This document shows positions 40,758 to 51,610 of a stretch of 64,000 bases of DNA, one piece after another. The stretch lies in contig CAWFSF010000002.1 in NCBI GenBank assembly GCA_963818475.1, forward strand, positions 64,001 through 128,000. The letters run 5' to 3'. A program made the translations under genes and the position numbers. The notes under the pieces were generated by a model. It worked only from the letters and a program-made list of their open reading frames with translations. It did no database searches and was not told the DNA's origin. Source of the stretch: Nitrospirota bacterium (GTDB lineage Bacteria > Nitrospirota > UBA9217). Positions within the stretch are counted from its first letter, which is position 1, and the number at the start of each line of letters is the position of its first letter.

Positions 40758-41075
40758 ATGAAGATCGATATCTACATGGCCGAGATGTGCGGCTCCTATC
40801 ACCAGCTGCGAGAGAACCTCGAACGCGCCATTACAGATCTGAATGCGCCGACAGAGATCGTTTATCATACGGTCTATTACGATGAAGCCATAAGCAAAGG
40901 GATCAAAGGGTCGCCTTCGGTCTGGATGAACGGAAAAGACGCCTTTGAAGGCGGCAGTTCTGCCGGGATCATGTGAAGGACCTTTCTCGACGAGTCCGGG
41001 CGACTCATGGGCGTACCCTCAGTGGAGATGATGAAGCGCGCGATACAGCGGGAAAGGTCAATGCAAGGCATATGA
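40758..41075 (+). CDS. thioredoxin-fold selenoprotein (105 aa; Sec at TGA 40974-40976; DUF2703-like)
   Basis: N-terminal CGSY and GSPSVWMNGKD. The frame continues past TGA as RTFLDESGRLMGVPSVEMMKRAI. SECIS-like hairpin follows, and the final TGA overlaps the next ATG. Confidence 0.8.
40977..41010 (+). promoter_or_regulatory. bacterial SECIS-like element
   Basis: GAGTC-CGGGC-GACTC stem-loop (40992-41006); the G-containing loop starts 20 nt after the UGA. Confidence 0.7.
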
Positions 41076-41590
41076 AGCATCTCGTCTTCATAGGCGACTC
41101 ATTGACCGAATGGGGCGACTGGCAGCGCCGGTTCCCTGACTACAAAGTGACCAACCTCGGCATATCGGGAGAAACGGTCGAAGGACTGCTGGCCCGACGG
41201 GACCATCTTCGCGCCGCGGTCGAGAAGCCCAACTACATCTTCCTCATGACCGGCATCAACAACATCGCCGCAGAGCACTACGACATCATGGAACCGTACC
41301 GCGAGATCGTCCGCAACCTCACCACATGGTGCAAAAAAACAACGGTCGTGGTCCAGAGCATCCTTCCTGTTGAGCTGACCTGGATCAGTAGCGGCGTGAT
41401 CAGGGACGCCAACCGGCAGCTGGAACAGATCGCGAGGGAATTCAACGCGGAATATCTCGATGTCTATAGCCTCTTTGTGGATCAGACTGGCAGCCCCTTG
41501 AGCGCGTGCCTTCAGGATGATGGGGTGCACCTCAGCAGGCAGGGATATGAGGTCTGGACAAAAGCAGTGGACAGGTTCTTGAAAAAGTAG
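41072..41590 (+). CDS. GDSL/SGNH esterase-lipase
   Basis: FIGDSLT, GISGET, GINN and DGVH blocks. Confidence 0.9.
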   Translation: MKHLVFIGDSLTEWGDWQRRFPDYKVTNLGISGETVEGLLARRDHLRAAVEKPNYIFLMTGINNIAAEHYDIMEPYREIVRNLTTWCKKTTVVVQSILPVELTWISSGVIRDANRQLEQIAREFNAEYLDVYSLFVDQTGSPLSACLQDDGVHLSRQGYEVWTKAVDRFLKK

Positions 41591-41689
41591 TATAGAAAGC
41601 AAGCGGACTCCCGGCTTAGCGCACCGGAGCAGGCCGACTTAGAATGCATTTCACGCATGAAGGGCACTGCTCACCGTGATGGGTCAAAA

Positions 41690-42634
41690 ATGAATACCTT
41701 GCAATGCAGAATATGTTCCAGCACCGCTGAACACACGGTGTATAGAGTATCTGAAATGATGTTCGGCTTCAGGGATTCTTTTACGTATTTTCAATGTTCA
41801 CAATGCGGGTGCCTGCAAATCAGCGATATCCCGGCAAATATCGACAAGTACTATCCTCCCCACTATTACAGCCTCACGCCAAAATCGCGGCGCTTTCTGA
41901 ATAATCCGCTGGAGAAGGCGTTGCGGCGATTCAAGGACTATCATACCGTTTTCAATCACGGCATTTTCGGCCGCCTTGTCAGTTCACTTTCGCCCAACAA
42001 AAAAATGACCGCCCTGTCGCGTCTCAACATTACCACAAAATCAAAGATCCTCGATGTCGGATGCGGAGACGGCTGGCGGCTGAACGTCCTGCGGGAAATC
42101 GGCTTTGAAACCGTCCTCGGAATCGATCCCTATATCCTGCAGGACATCGTGTACGAAAACGGCGTGACCGTCAAAAAACAGTCCATCCAAGAGGTCACCG
42201 GAGAGTGGGATGTGATCATGTATCATCACTCCTTTGAACATGTTCCCGATCCGCACGAGCAACTGCAAAGTGCCGCAAAACTTCTTTCCCCCGGCGGATG
42301 TTGTTTGTTAAGGCTTCCTACCGTTTCGTCCTATGCCTGGGAAGAATACCGCGAAAACTGGTTCCAGCTTGACGCACCCAGACATTTTTTTCTGCACTCC
42401 ATCAAGAGCATTACCTTCCTTGCGGAAAAAGCGGGCCTGTCGCTGCAGGACATTGTCTTTGATTCGACAGCGGACCAATTTCAGGGAAGCGAACTCTATA
42501 AACAGGACATACCGTTTACCTCTCAAGCGAATAACTTTCCGAAATCACAAGTCCGGGAGTGGAAAAGCCTCGCAAAAAAATTGAACAGGGAAAAAAGAGG
42601 AGATCAGGCCGCTTTCTATTTAATGAAGAAATGA
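41690..42634 (+). CDS. class I SAM-dependent methyltransferase with N-terminal zinc ribbon
   Basis: CRIC...CSQCG, LDVGCGDG, HSFEHVPDP, DAPRH. Confidence 0.88.
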   Translation: MNTLQCRICSSTAEHTVYRVSEMMFGFRDSFTYFQCSQCGCLQISDIPANIDKYYPPHYYSLTPKSRRFLNNPLEKALRRFKDYHTVFNHGIFGRLVSSLSPNKKMTALSRLNITTKSKILDVGCGDGWRLNVLREIGFETVLGIDPYILQDIVYENGVTVKKQSIQEVTGEWDVIMYHHSFEHVPDPHEQLQSAAKLLSPGGCCLLRLPTVSSYAWEEYRENWFQLDAPRHFFLHSIKSITFLAEKAGLSLQDIVFDSTADQFQGSELYKQDIPFTSQANNFPKSQVREWKSLAKKLNREKRGDQAAFYLMKK

Positions 42635-42702
42635 CCTTCGCTTGAACCGTGAGGTTGCAGTCGCAAGGACCGTTGCAAAATCTATGAACTGTCCATTAAA
42701 CT

Positions 42703-43137
42703 ATGATAAATAATCTACTCGAAGGCTATCCAGTTCTGATCGAAATTCCGATCGCCTGGGGCGACATGGATGCGTTCCAGCATGTGAACAACGTAGCCTA
42801 TTTCCGGTATTTCGAAAGCGCCCGCATCCTCTATGCCGAAAAACTCGGCCTGCACAAGCACAAGGACGAAACCGGCATCGGCCCGATCCTGGGGGCCACC
42901 AGCTGCAAATACCGGCTTCCCCTTACCTATCCCGACACCGTGTCCGTCGGCGCAAAGACCATTGACATCGCACAGGACCGGTTCACGATGAAGTATATTG
43001 TCGTGAGCCACAAGCACCAGAAGGTCGCTGCAGAGGGTGACGGCCTGGTCGTGATGTACAACTACCGTGAAGGAAAGAAAACCGCCATACCTGAAGAGAT
43101 CCGGCAGCGGATACGGGTAATGGAAAAGATGGGGTAG
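42703..43137 (+). CDS. acyl-CoA thioesterase (4HBT/YbgC family)
   Basis: WGDMDAFQHVNNVAYFRYFESAR. Confidence 0.92.
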   Translation: MINNLLEGYPVLIEIPIAWGDMDAFQHVNNVAYFRYFESARILYAEKLGLHKHKDETGIGPILGATSCKYRLPLTYPDTVSVGAKTIDIAQDRFTMKYIVVSHKHQKVAAEGDGLVVMYNYREGKKTAIPEEIRQRIRVMEKMG

Positions 43138-43171
43138 AACCATGATGCATTTGTAATAAGCACTGAAAGCC

Positions 43172-43257
43172 GTCTTTGCGAGCCGAAGGTGAGGGAATCT
43201 CGTACCTGTCTCGCTGATAAAACGAGATCGCCGCGTCGCATCGCTCCTCGCAATGAC
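43172..43257. repeat. REP-like inverted repeat
   Basis: GTCTTTGCGAG...AATCTCGT / ACGAGATCG...CTCGCAATGAC; relative of 6374-6460. Confidence 0.7.
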
Positions 43258-43376
43258 AGCATTGACGAGTCAGCCCGCAGAACGAATCACCTCTTTTCCT
43301 CTCGCCCTTCTCTGTGTCGCTTAGAAGCGTCTATTTCTGGCTCCGTGCCTCCGCGGTAAATTTAAATTTATTTCCG

Positions 43377-43405
43377 GGAACTTTTCCCGAACCTCCCCTG
43401 TCTCA
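43377..43405 (+). promoter_or_regulatory. sigmaE/ECF-type promoter (GGAACTT-16-GTCTCA)
   Basis: Matches the RpoE/AlgU-type consensus; duplicated at 44490. Confidence 0.7.
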
Positions 43406-43446
43406 TAATCAGAAACAAATATTTCTCGTTCGACAGGAGACCTGCC

Positions 43447-44319
43447 ATGCGATTAATCAGGATTTCAACCGGATTTCTGTACTTTTTTTTCATTGCCGCT
43501 CTTTTCGCCATTACTGCCTGCAAGAACCAGGAACAAAGCGTTAGCAGCAATGATACGGCCTCAGTCGCTCTCATGGAAAAAAGAGCGGATAAACTGAAAC
43601 GGGAAACTGAACCCGAAGCCGGACTGGCGTCCCCGGCCACCCAGGCACGCAAGGTGATCGTAACGCACAACTTCGCCCTGGAAGTCAAGAACATGGCAGC
43701 CGTATTCCAAAATATTATCGGACTCGCCGAAGCCTATGGCGGCTACACATCGGAAACCAGCCGCACTCGCAACGATGACGGCTCCTTTTTGGGCAGCATA
43801 GTGATGCGCGTTCCTCCCGGCAGTGCAGGTAGCCTGATGGGAAAAATCCGGGGCTTTGGTGCGGTGACCAGTGAAAGTTCCAATGGCGAGGACATCACGG
43901 ATGAATATGTCGACCTGGATGCCAGGCTCAAGAACATGCATGCATCAGAGGTCCGGCTACAGGGGCTCCTGGCCAGGCAAACGACGAAACTTTCGGATGT
44001 TCTCGCAGTCGAGCGGGAACTGACGCGAGTGCGCGGAGAGATCGAGTCATGGGAAGCGCGAAAAAGGAATTGGGATACCCTGACCGCCCTTGTAACGGTC
44101 CGCATCGAGTTAACGGAACCTAGAAGCGCATTCCCTGTATTTCATAAGGTATGGGACCCTATCCGGACAGCCTTCGGCGAAGCCTTAGAAGGTTTTGCCG
44201 GATCGCTTCATGCGGTCATTATCTTTCTTGGAACAATTCTTCCATGGGCAATCCCTGGTGGTTTCTTGCTTCATTGGCTCATCCGTTTTCTGCAGAAGAA
44301 GCGTGCGGCAAAGAGCTGA
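43447..44319 (+). CDS. DUF4349 domain lipoprotein
   Basis: ITAC lipobox, EDITDEYVDLDARL, VERELTRVRGEIE, C-terminal TM. Confidence 0.88.
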   Translation: MRLIRISTGFLYFFFIAALFAITACKNQEQSVSSNDTASVALMEKRADKLKRETEPEAGLASPATQARKVIVTHNFALEVKNMAAVFQNIIGLAEAYGGYTSETSRTRNDDGSFLGSIVMRVPPGSAGSLMGKIRGFGAVTSESSNGEDITDEYVDLDARLKNMHASEVRLQGLLARQTTKLSDVLAVERELTRVRGEIESWEARKRNWDTLTALVTVRIELTEPRSAFPVFHKVWDPIRTAFGEALEGFAGSLHAVIIFLGTILPWAIPGGFLLHWLIRFLQKKRAAKS

Positions 44320-44381
44320 CTCAGTCAACTTGCCGAATGCGTGTTTTGTTGATCTGGTAACGGTTGTAAAAAACCATTTAC

Positions 44382-44459
44382 ACCACAGAGGCACGGAGAG
44401 GGCCAAGAAGATCCATTATTTTTCACTTGTTCTTCTCTGTGCCTCAGTGTCTCCGTGGT
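44382..44459. repeat. empty 9-nt-period inverted element
   Basis: ACCACAGAGGCACGGAG ... CTCTGTGCCTCAGTGTCTCCGTGGT. Confidence 0.75.
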
Positions 44460-44489
44460 AAATCTAGACTTTTTCCTTTTTTTATTTCG

Positions 44490-44518
44490 GGAACTTTTCC
44501 CGAACCTCCCTTGTCTAA
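44490..44518 (+). promoter_or_regulatory. sigmaE/ECF-type promoter (GGAACTT-16-GTCTAA)
   Basis: Consensus match; the spacer is nearly identical to the 43377 copy. Confidence 0.72.
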
Positions 44519-44561
44519 TCACCCAGAAGCACACAATTCCCCTTTAGACAGGAGGTCCCTT

Positions 44562-46899
44562 ATGCGACCAACACTACGATCCATGGCATTCCTCTTCCTT
44601 GCAGCATGCTCCCTCATCAGTACAACCGGCATTGCCCAGCAAAAAGAATCAGACGACAAGACCCTTTCGCCGTACTTCTTTGTCAAAAGCGACGACCCTT
44701 CCGTTGACCGCCTTCCGCTCAAGTCCACCTCGGCAGCCGTGAGCATCTCGGGCGTCATCGCTGACGTCAAGGTCACCCAGGTTTACCAGAATGAAGGCAG
44801 GCATGCCCTGGAAGCCATCTATGTCTTCCCGGCATCCACACGGGCCGCGGTCTACGCCATGAAAATGACGATCGGCGAGCGGACCATAAACGCAACAATA
44901 AAAAAGCGCGACGAGGCCCGGCAGGAATATGAACAGGCGAAGCAGCAGGGCAAGAGCGCCTCGCTCCTGGAGCAGCAGCGGCCGAACGTGTTCCAGATGA
45001 ACGTGGCGAACATCATGCCCGGAGACCTGGTCAGGGTCGAGATGAGCTACACCGAACTGCTGGTGCCGACGGATAAAGTGTATGAGTTCGCATACCCCAC
45101 GGTGGTCGGCCCCCGTTACTCGAACCAGGCAGCCTCAACTGCACCCTCATCGGACAAATGGGTCCAGAATCCCTATCTCCACGAAGGTGAAGCGCCGCCC
45201 TATACCTTTGACATCACTGTGAACATCGCAGCGGGCATGCCGATCCAGAAGCTCTTCTGCACATCGCACAAGGTGGATGTGCATTACCACGGCAATTCTA
45301 CTGCCTCGATAGACCTTGAGCCTTCTGAGAAAGCGGGCGGCAACCGCGACTATATCCTGAAATACCAGCTCGCAGGTGACCAGGTGGACTCGGGCCTTCT
45401 CCTGTACCAGGGTGAGAAGGAGAACTTTTTTCTGCTTATGCTCCAGCCTCCGAAGCGGGTGACCCTGGCGCAGATACCGGGGCGGGAATATATCTTCATT
45501 GTGGACGTGTCAGGCTCCATGCACGGATTTCCGCTCGAAATATCAAAGAACCTTTTAAGGGACCTGATCGGAAATCTCAGGCCGGGCGACCGGTTCAATG
45601 TGGTGCTCTTTGCCGGAGGCTCGACCGTGCTGTCCGAAACGTCTGTACCTGCCAATTCCGGGAATATCACCAGAGCGCTGAACGTGATCGACAACCAGCA
45701 GGGCGGAGGCGGCACGGAACTCTTGCCGGCACTCAAACGAGCGCTTGCTTTGCCGAAAGTTGAGGGTTTCTCACGCACGGTCGTGATCGCAACAGACGGG
45801 TATGTGAGCGTTGAAGAAGAGGCCTTTGACCTCATCAGGAACAATCTCGCTAATGCCAACATGTTCGCCTTCGGCATCGGCTCGTCAGTCAACCGGCATC
45901 TCATCGAAGGCATGGCGCATGTGGGCCAGGGAGAACCGTTTATCATCACAAGGCCGGAGGAGGCGCCCGCAAAAGCAGAAGCCCTTCGCACACTCATCCA
46001 GTCGCCGGTGCTTACCCGGGTCAAGGTCGACTTCGGCGGGTTCGATGTTTATGATGTGGAGCCCGCAAGCATTCCCGATGTGCTGGCAGACCGGCCCGTG
46101 AGTCGTGTTCGGCAAATGGCGGGGCAGGCCAACAGGTATGATCACGCTGAGCGGCCTCACTGGCGAGAAACCGTACACAGACGAGATCAATGTCGCAAGC
46201 GTTAAGCCGGAGAGATCGAATGCCAGCCTGCCCTATCTCTGGGCGCGCCAGCGGATCATGCTGCTGTCGGATTACAACCTGCTGAAGCAGAGCGATGACC
46301 GCATCAAGGAGGTCACCGATCTCGGCCTTCGTTATAACCTCCTGACCGCCTACACCTCGTTCATTGCAGTTGACTCCGAAGTGCGCAACAAGGACGGCAA
46401 GACAACCACCGTGAACCAGCCGTTGCCGCTGCCTGAAGGGGTATCGGATTATGCGGTGGGTGGTGTAATGGCAAGAAACGCTGCTTCGCCCATGAGAATG
46501 AAACAGATGGCCGCACCTGCTGAAGCAGAAATGATGCTGCCGGCAAAGTCAGAGGACAAAGCAACAAGTCAGCCTGCTGGTGTCACACCTCTCTCGGTCA
46601 AAATAAACAAGCTCTCCGTGACCGGCGGCCTTGGCAAGGATGTGGTCCGGAACACGATGGAACAACAGCTTAAGACTCTCCAGGCTTGTTTTCAGAATAT
46701 GACCTTGCGGGGAACGATCGAGTTCCGGCTTATCATAGCAGCGAACGGCGTTGTGAAGGACGTCCGGATGGCCAACAGCATCACGAAGAACGAAGCCGTT
46801 AAGCAGTGCCTCCTTCAGCAGATAAAAAGCTGGAAATTCCCAAGAAGTTCGGAAGGGAAGGATACGGAGGCGACGGTGACGTTTTTGATCGGGTCCTGA
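44562..46899 (+). CDS. secreted VIT + vWA domain protein with C-terminal TonB-C/AgmX-like domain; frameshift near 46100
   Basis: Signal peptide, EAIYVFP, DVSGSM MIDAS, TDG, LLTAYTSFIAVD, C-terminal WKFP. Confidence 0.87.
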
Positions 46900-46933
46900 A
46901 ACAAAGATGATGTTCAAACAAGCTATTGCTCTC

Positions 46934-46968
46934 GCAACCTCCCCTGTCAACGGGGAGGTTGTTTTTTT
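46934..46968 (+). terminator. intrinsic terminator
   Basis: CAACCTCCCC-loop-GGGGAGGTTG followed by T7. Confidence 0.85.
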
Positions 46969-47068
46969 GTCCTTTTTTGCCGTACCTCAAGGGCTTCTTC
47001 GCATGCATCTCTCTTTACTCTCCTCATGTTATCTGATAAACTCATTCGGTAAACAGCAAGGAGACAGC

Positions 47069-48100
47069 ATGGACCCGAACATCAAACGCATCCTTATACC
47101 CTCTGCCATCGCCCTGGGCTCGGTACTGGCCCTGCTCATCGCCAGGGCCATCGGCATCAGATTCCTGCATAAATGGGCGGAGAAGACCGAGACCGTGCTG
47201 GACGACGCCATTCTGCGTGCTTTCAGGACGCCCTCGATCTACCTCGCCATCGGCATCGGGCTCCAGATCGGGATAGACCTGTCGGAGCTGCCGGAGAAGC
47301 AGATAAGCCTTATCGGCAAGATCATCCATATCATCATTATCCTGTCCCTGACCCTTGCCACCTCGAATCTCGCCGGCAACCTCTTCAAAGGGTACGTCCA
47401 GCGCAGCAATCTTCCGATCCCGACCACAGGCCTCGCCTCGGGGATCCTGCGGGGCGCGATCGTGTTGATCGGTTTTTTGATCATGCTGAATGTCATGGGG
47501 ATCTCGATCGCGCCACTTCTGACCGCCCTCGGCGTGGGCGGCCTGGCCGTGGCGCTTGCACTGCAGGACACGCTGGCAAACCTGTTCGCCGGCATCCATA
47601 TCCTCGTCGAGCGGTCCATCCGCGTCGGCGATTTTGTCCGGCTCGAAACGGGGCAGGAAGGCTATGTGGACGACATCACCTGGCGAACGACGAGGATTCG
47701 GATGCTGCCGAACAATATCGTCGTAATCCCGAACAGCAAACTTTCTCAAAGTGTCGTGACTAATTACTTCCTGCCAGAACCACAGATGGCGCTTCTGATC
47801 CCCGTAGGCGTGAGCTATGACGCGGACATCGATCTGGTTGAACAGACCCTGCTCGAAGTTGCGCAGAAGGCAATCGCTGAGATACCGGGGCTGAAGGCTG
47901 AACCTGCGCCGCAGGTACGGTTCATCCCGGGGTTCGGCGAAAGCTCGCTGGACTTTACGCTGGTGGTCCAGGTCCGGGAATTTGCCGACCAGGCCCCGGT
48001 CCAGCATGAGCTCAGGAAGCGGATCTTCAAGGAGTTCAAAGCAAAAGGCATCGAGATCCCCTATCCTCACCGGACCGTGTATGTGAAACGGGAGCAATAA
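47069..48100 (+). CDS. MscS family mechanosensitive channel
   Basis: GVGGLAVALALQDTLANLFAG, IPNS, GIEIPYP. Confidence 0.92.
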   Translation: MDPNIKRILIPSAIALGSVLALLIARAIGIRFLHKWAEKTETVLDDAILRAFRTPSIYLAIGIGLQIGIDLSELPEKQISLIGKIIHIIIILSLTLATSNLAGNLFKGYVQRSNLPIPTTGLASGILRGAIVLIGFLIMLNVMGISIAPLLTALGVGGLAVALALQDTLANLFAGIHILVERSIRVGDFVRLETGQEGYVDDITWRTTRIRMLPNNIVVIPNSKLSQSVVTNYFLPEPQMALLIPVGVSYDADIDLVEQTLLEVAQKAIAEIPGLKAEPAPQVRFIPGFGESSLDFTLVVQVREFADQAPVQHELRKRIFKEFKAKGIEIPYPHRTVYVKREQ

Positions 48101-48114
48101 GAAAAGTACCTTCC

Positions 48115-48213
48115 GCCACGAAGGCACGAAGACACAAAGAGAGCAGTAACCTCTGAGGTTTGCTAAGAACAAGGTCCTTCCTGCATTTCTTTGAGCCTTC
48201 GTGTCTTTGTGGC
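48115..48213. repeat. empty 9-nt-period inverted element (CACGAAG variant)
   Basis: GCCACGAAGGCACGAAGACACAAAG ... CTTTGAGCCTTCGTGTCTTTGTGGC. Confidence 0.8.
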
Positions 48214-48259
48214 AAATTTGGTTTAGACTTGTCTGGTTTACGTTTTTCGGAGGAAACAC

Positions 48260-50205
48260 ATGGCAAAGAAAAAAACTGTTGCGACCACGGAGACTCCCGG
48301 CCCTCTCCTGACGGACCACGACACCTACCTGTTCAAGGAAGGGACCCACTTCGGCCTCTATGACAAGCTCGGCGCCCATCTGCGGACCGTGGGCAGCACC
48401 ACGGGCACGCACTTTTCCGTATGGGCTCCGAACGCTCAACAGGTCTCGGTCGTCGGTGATTTCAACGGCTGGAATCCCAACTCCCATCATCTCGTCGTCC
48501 GGCCCGACGACTCGGGCATCTGGGAGGGCTTTCTCCCGGGCATCGGCGAAGGAACGCTCTATAAATATCACGTCGTCTCACGCCACAACAACTACGCCGT
48601 GGACAAAGCCGACCCCTTCGCGTTCCGCTGCGAGGAGCCGCCCCGGACGGCATCCATCGTCTGCGACCTCGGATACCAGTGGGGCGACCAGGACTGGATG
48701 AAGGACCGCCACAAAGCGAACAGCCTGAGCGCACCCTACTCGGTCTACGAACTGCACATCGGCTCCTGGCGGCGGGCGGTCGAGCGGGACAACGGATTTC
48801 TCACCTACCGGGAACTGGCGCCGCTGCTTGCGGAATATGTGAAGCAGGCCGGCTTTACGCACGTCGAATTCATGCCGGTCATGGAGCACCCCTTCTACGG
48901 TTCCTGGGGATACCAGGTCACCGGGCTTCTTCGCGCCCTCGGCGCGCTACGGCACGCCGCAGGACCTCATGTTCCTCGATCGACCATCTGCACCAGAACG
49001 GCATCGGCGTGATCCTCGACTGGGTGCCGTCCCATTTTCCAGGCGACGAGCACGGCCTGTCCTATTTCGACGGCACGCACCTCTACGAGCACATGGACCC
49101 GCGCAAGGGTTTCCACCCCGACTGGAAGAGCTACATCTTCAACTACGACCGGTACGAGGTCGTCGCCTTCCTGGTCAGCAGCGCGCTCTTCTGGTTCGAC
49201 AAATACCACATCGACGGCATCAGGATCGACGCCGTGGCGTCCATGCTCTACCTCGACTATTCCCGCGACGAGGGAGACTGGATCCCGAACGAATACGGCG
49301 GCAAGGAGAACCTCGGCGCGATCAATTTCATGCGGCGTCTGAACATGGAGGTCTACCGCCGGTTCCCCGATGTCCAGACCATTGCCGAGGAATCGACCTC
49401 CTGGCCCATGGTCTCGCGGCCGGCCTATCTGGGCGGGCTCGGCTTCGGCATGAAGTGGAACATGGGCTGGATGTACGACACCCTGACGTACGCGACCACG
49501 GACCCGCTCTTCCGCAAGTACCACCACAACCAGCTGACCTTCAGCATCTGGTACGCCTTCTACGAGAACTTCATGCTTTCGCTCTCGCACGACGAAGTGG
49601 TGCACGGCAAACGCTCGCTCCTGGCAAAAATGCCGGGCAACGACTGGGAAAAGTTCGCGAACCTCCGCCTGCTCTTCGGCTACCAGTTCGGCCACCCGGG
49701 AAAGAAGCTCCTGTTCATGGGCATGGAATTCGGGCAGTGGAACGAGTGGTACCACGAAACCAGCCTGGACTGGCACCTCATGCAGTATCCCCAGCACCAG
49801 GGTCTGCACCAGTGGGTGCGCCATCTGAATATCCTGTACCGCCGGGAGCCGGCGCTCTATGAACTGGATTTTGCGCAGGACGGCTTCGAGTGGGCCGACA
49901 TCAGCGACTGGGAGAGCAGCGTGATCAGCTTCTTCCGCAAGGGCAAGTCCACGGATGACCTGTTCTTCATCGTCTGCAATTTCACGCCAATGGAACGGTC
50001 GGCCTACCGGATCGGGGTGCCGCGGGGGGGATTCTGGCAGGAAGTGCTGAACAGCGATGCCGACCTCTATGGCGGGGGCAACCGGGGAAACCTCGGCGGC
50101 GTGGAAGCGCTGCCCGTAAGCTCACACGGCAAGGACTTCTCTCTGTCAATGACCCTGCCGCCTTTGGGCGTCATATTCTTCAAACATTCGGGTGGGGCTG
50201 TCTGA
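48260..50205 (+). CDS. glgB: 1,4-alpha-glucan branching enzyme; frameshifts around 48920-48980
   Basis: [42 protein letters not shown]. Confidence 0.94.
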
Positions 50206-50246
50206 GTGACTGAAGGTAACTTTGGATTCGTGACAGGTCGAATTTT

Positions 50247-50325
50247 ACCGCAGAGACGCAGAGGCGCTGAGAAAATCTTTTTGAGTTTTTCAGTATTCCT
50301 CCGCGTCTCCGCGCCTCTGCCGTGG
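50247..50325. repeat. empty 9-nt-period inverted element between convergent glgB and corA
   Basis: ACCGCAGAGACGCAGAGGCGCTGAG ... CTCCGCGTCTCCGCGCCTCTGCCGTGG. Confidence 0.8.
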
Positions 50326-50344
50326 ACCATAATCTTTTACCGGT

Positions 50345-51412
50345 TCAAAGCCACTTCTTCCGCCTGAAAAATACCATCATGCCCACAGCAACCGCGCCCA
50401 TCACTCCGAGCGATAGAAAATAACCTGAACGCCATTCCAGCTCGGGCATATATTTGAAATTCATGCCATACACTCCGGCGATGAAGGTGAGCGGCATGAA
50501 GATCGTGGCAATGATCGTCAGGACCTTCATCACCTCGTTCAGGCGGAAGCTCACGCTCGACAGGTAGAGGTCGAGCATGGTCGAGAGCATGTCCCGGTAG
50601 ATCTCAACGCTGTCGATGACCTGAATCACATGGTCGTAAACGTCCCGCAGATAGGGCGCGGTGGCCTCCTGAATGATCGGCGACTCCCGCCGTTCAAGAG
50701 CAGCGAGCACCTCCCGGAGCGGCCAGACCGCCTTGTGCAGGAACAACAACTCCCGTTTCAGCTGGTAGAGCTGCTCCATGATCTCTCTCCGGGGGCTCGC
50801 AATGAGCTCCTCCTCCAGATTGTCGATACGTTCACCGAGTTTTTCGAGGATCACGAAATAGCCATCCACCAGCGCATCGAGCAGCGAGTAGGCGAGGTAA
50901 TCAACGCCCCGTTTGCGGATCGTTCCGCGGCCTGTACGCAGCCGTTCGCGGATAAGCTGGAACACGTCGCCCCTGATGCCCTCCTGAAAGGAGAGCAGGA
51001 AGTTCCGCCCCACGATAAGGCTTACCTGCTCGGGAACGACCTTCTCCTTCTTGTCATCATAGGTCAGCATCTTGACGACCACGAAGAGGTAGTCGCCGTA
51101 ATCCTCCATCTTCGGACGCTGGACCACGCTCATGAGGTCCTCGGTCACGAGGCGGTGCAGGCCGAAGCAGTCTCCCAGCTTCCCGATCATGGCGGGATCG
51201 TGGACGCCGTCCACGTTTATCCACGTGGCCGTAGGTTTGTTCCGGTAAGGAACGCACTCCTCCGCCGTTTTCAGTGCCCGCTCTTCGAAGACCTGCTCGT
51301 CATAATCGATCAGCGTGACGTCGATCGTCCCGGTCACCTGCTCGCCGGTATACACCAGGGACCCGGAAGGAAGTCCGACCTTCTTCATTCTGCGCTTCGA
51401 CATTCTCGGCAT
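50345..51412 (-). CDS. corA: magnesium/cobalt transporter CorA
   Basis: QRPK.EDY and YGMNF..MPEL motifs. Confidence 0.95.
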   Translation of the reverse strand: MPRMSKRRMKKVGLPSGSLVYTGEQVTGTIDVTLIDYDEQVFEERALKTAEECVPYRNKPTATWINVDGVHDPAMIGKLGDCFGLHRLVTEDLMSVVQRPKMEDYGDYLFVVVKMLTYDDKKEKVVPEQVSLIVGRNFLLSFQEGIRGDVFQLIRERLRTGRGTIRKRGVDYLAYSLLDALVDGYFVILEKLGERIDNLEEELIASPRREIMEQLYQLKRELLFLHKAVWPLREVLAALERRESPIIQEATAPYLRDVYDHVIQVIDSVEIYRDMLSTMLDLYLSSVSFRLNEVMKVLTIIATIFMPLTFIAGVYGMNFKYMPELEWRSGYFLSLGVMGAVAVGMMVFFRRKKWL

Positions 51413-51442
51413 AGCACCTGTCCTTTAATTGATAAAAGCTTT

Positions 51443-51575
51443 TTGGACGCGGATTCACGCGGATGAACGCGGATAGAGCAAGACAGAGAGATGGAAGAAA
51501 CTTACACTGCAGAGTATTGTTTTACCACTCAAGAGGTTGATTTATCCGCGTTCATCCGATTTAATCCGCGTCCAA
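51443..51575. repeat. empty inverted element with (ACGCGGAT)x3 arms
   Basis: TTGGACGCGGATTCACGCGGATGAACGCGGATA ... TATCCGCGTTCATCCGATTTAATCCGCGTCCAA. Confidence 0.85.
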
Positions 51576-51610
51576 CACTTGTTGTGAGTGCCTCTTCATC
51601 TATGAAGGAA

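Noticed and set aside
40973-41071. N-terminal 33-aa extension of the GDSL lipase in the ORF track
   Set aside because: The lipase motif begins at MKHLVFIGDS (ATG 41072); the upstream DNA is better explained as the selenoprotein C-terminus.
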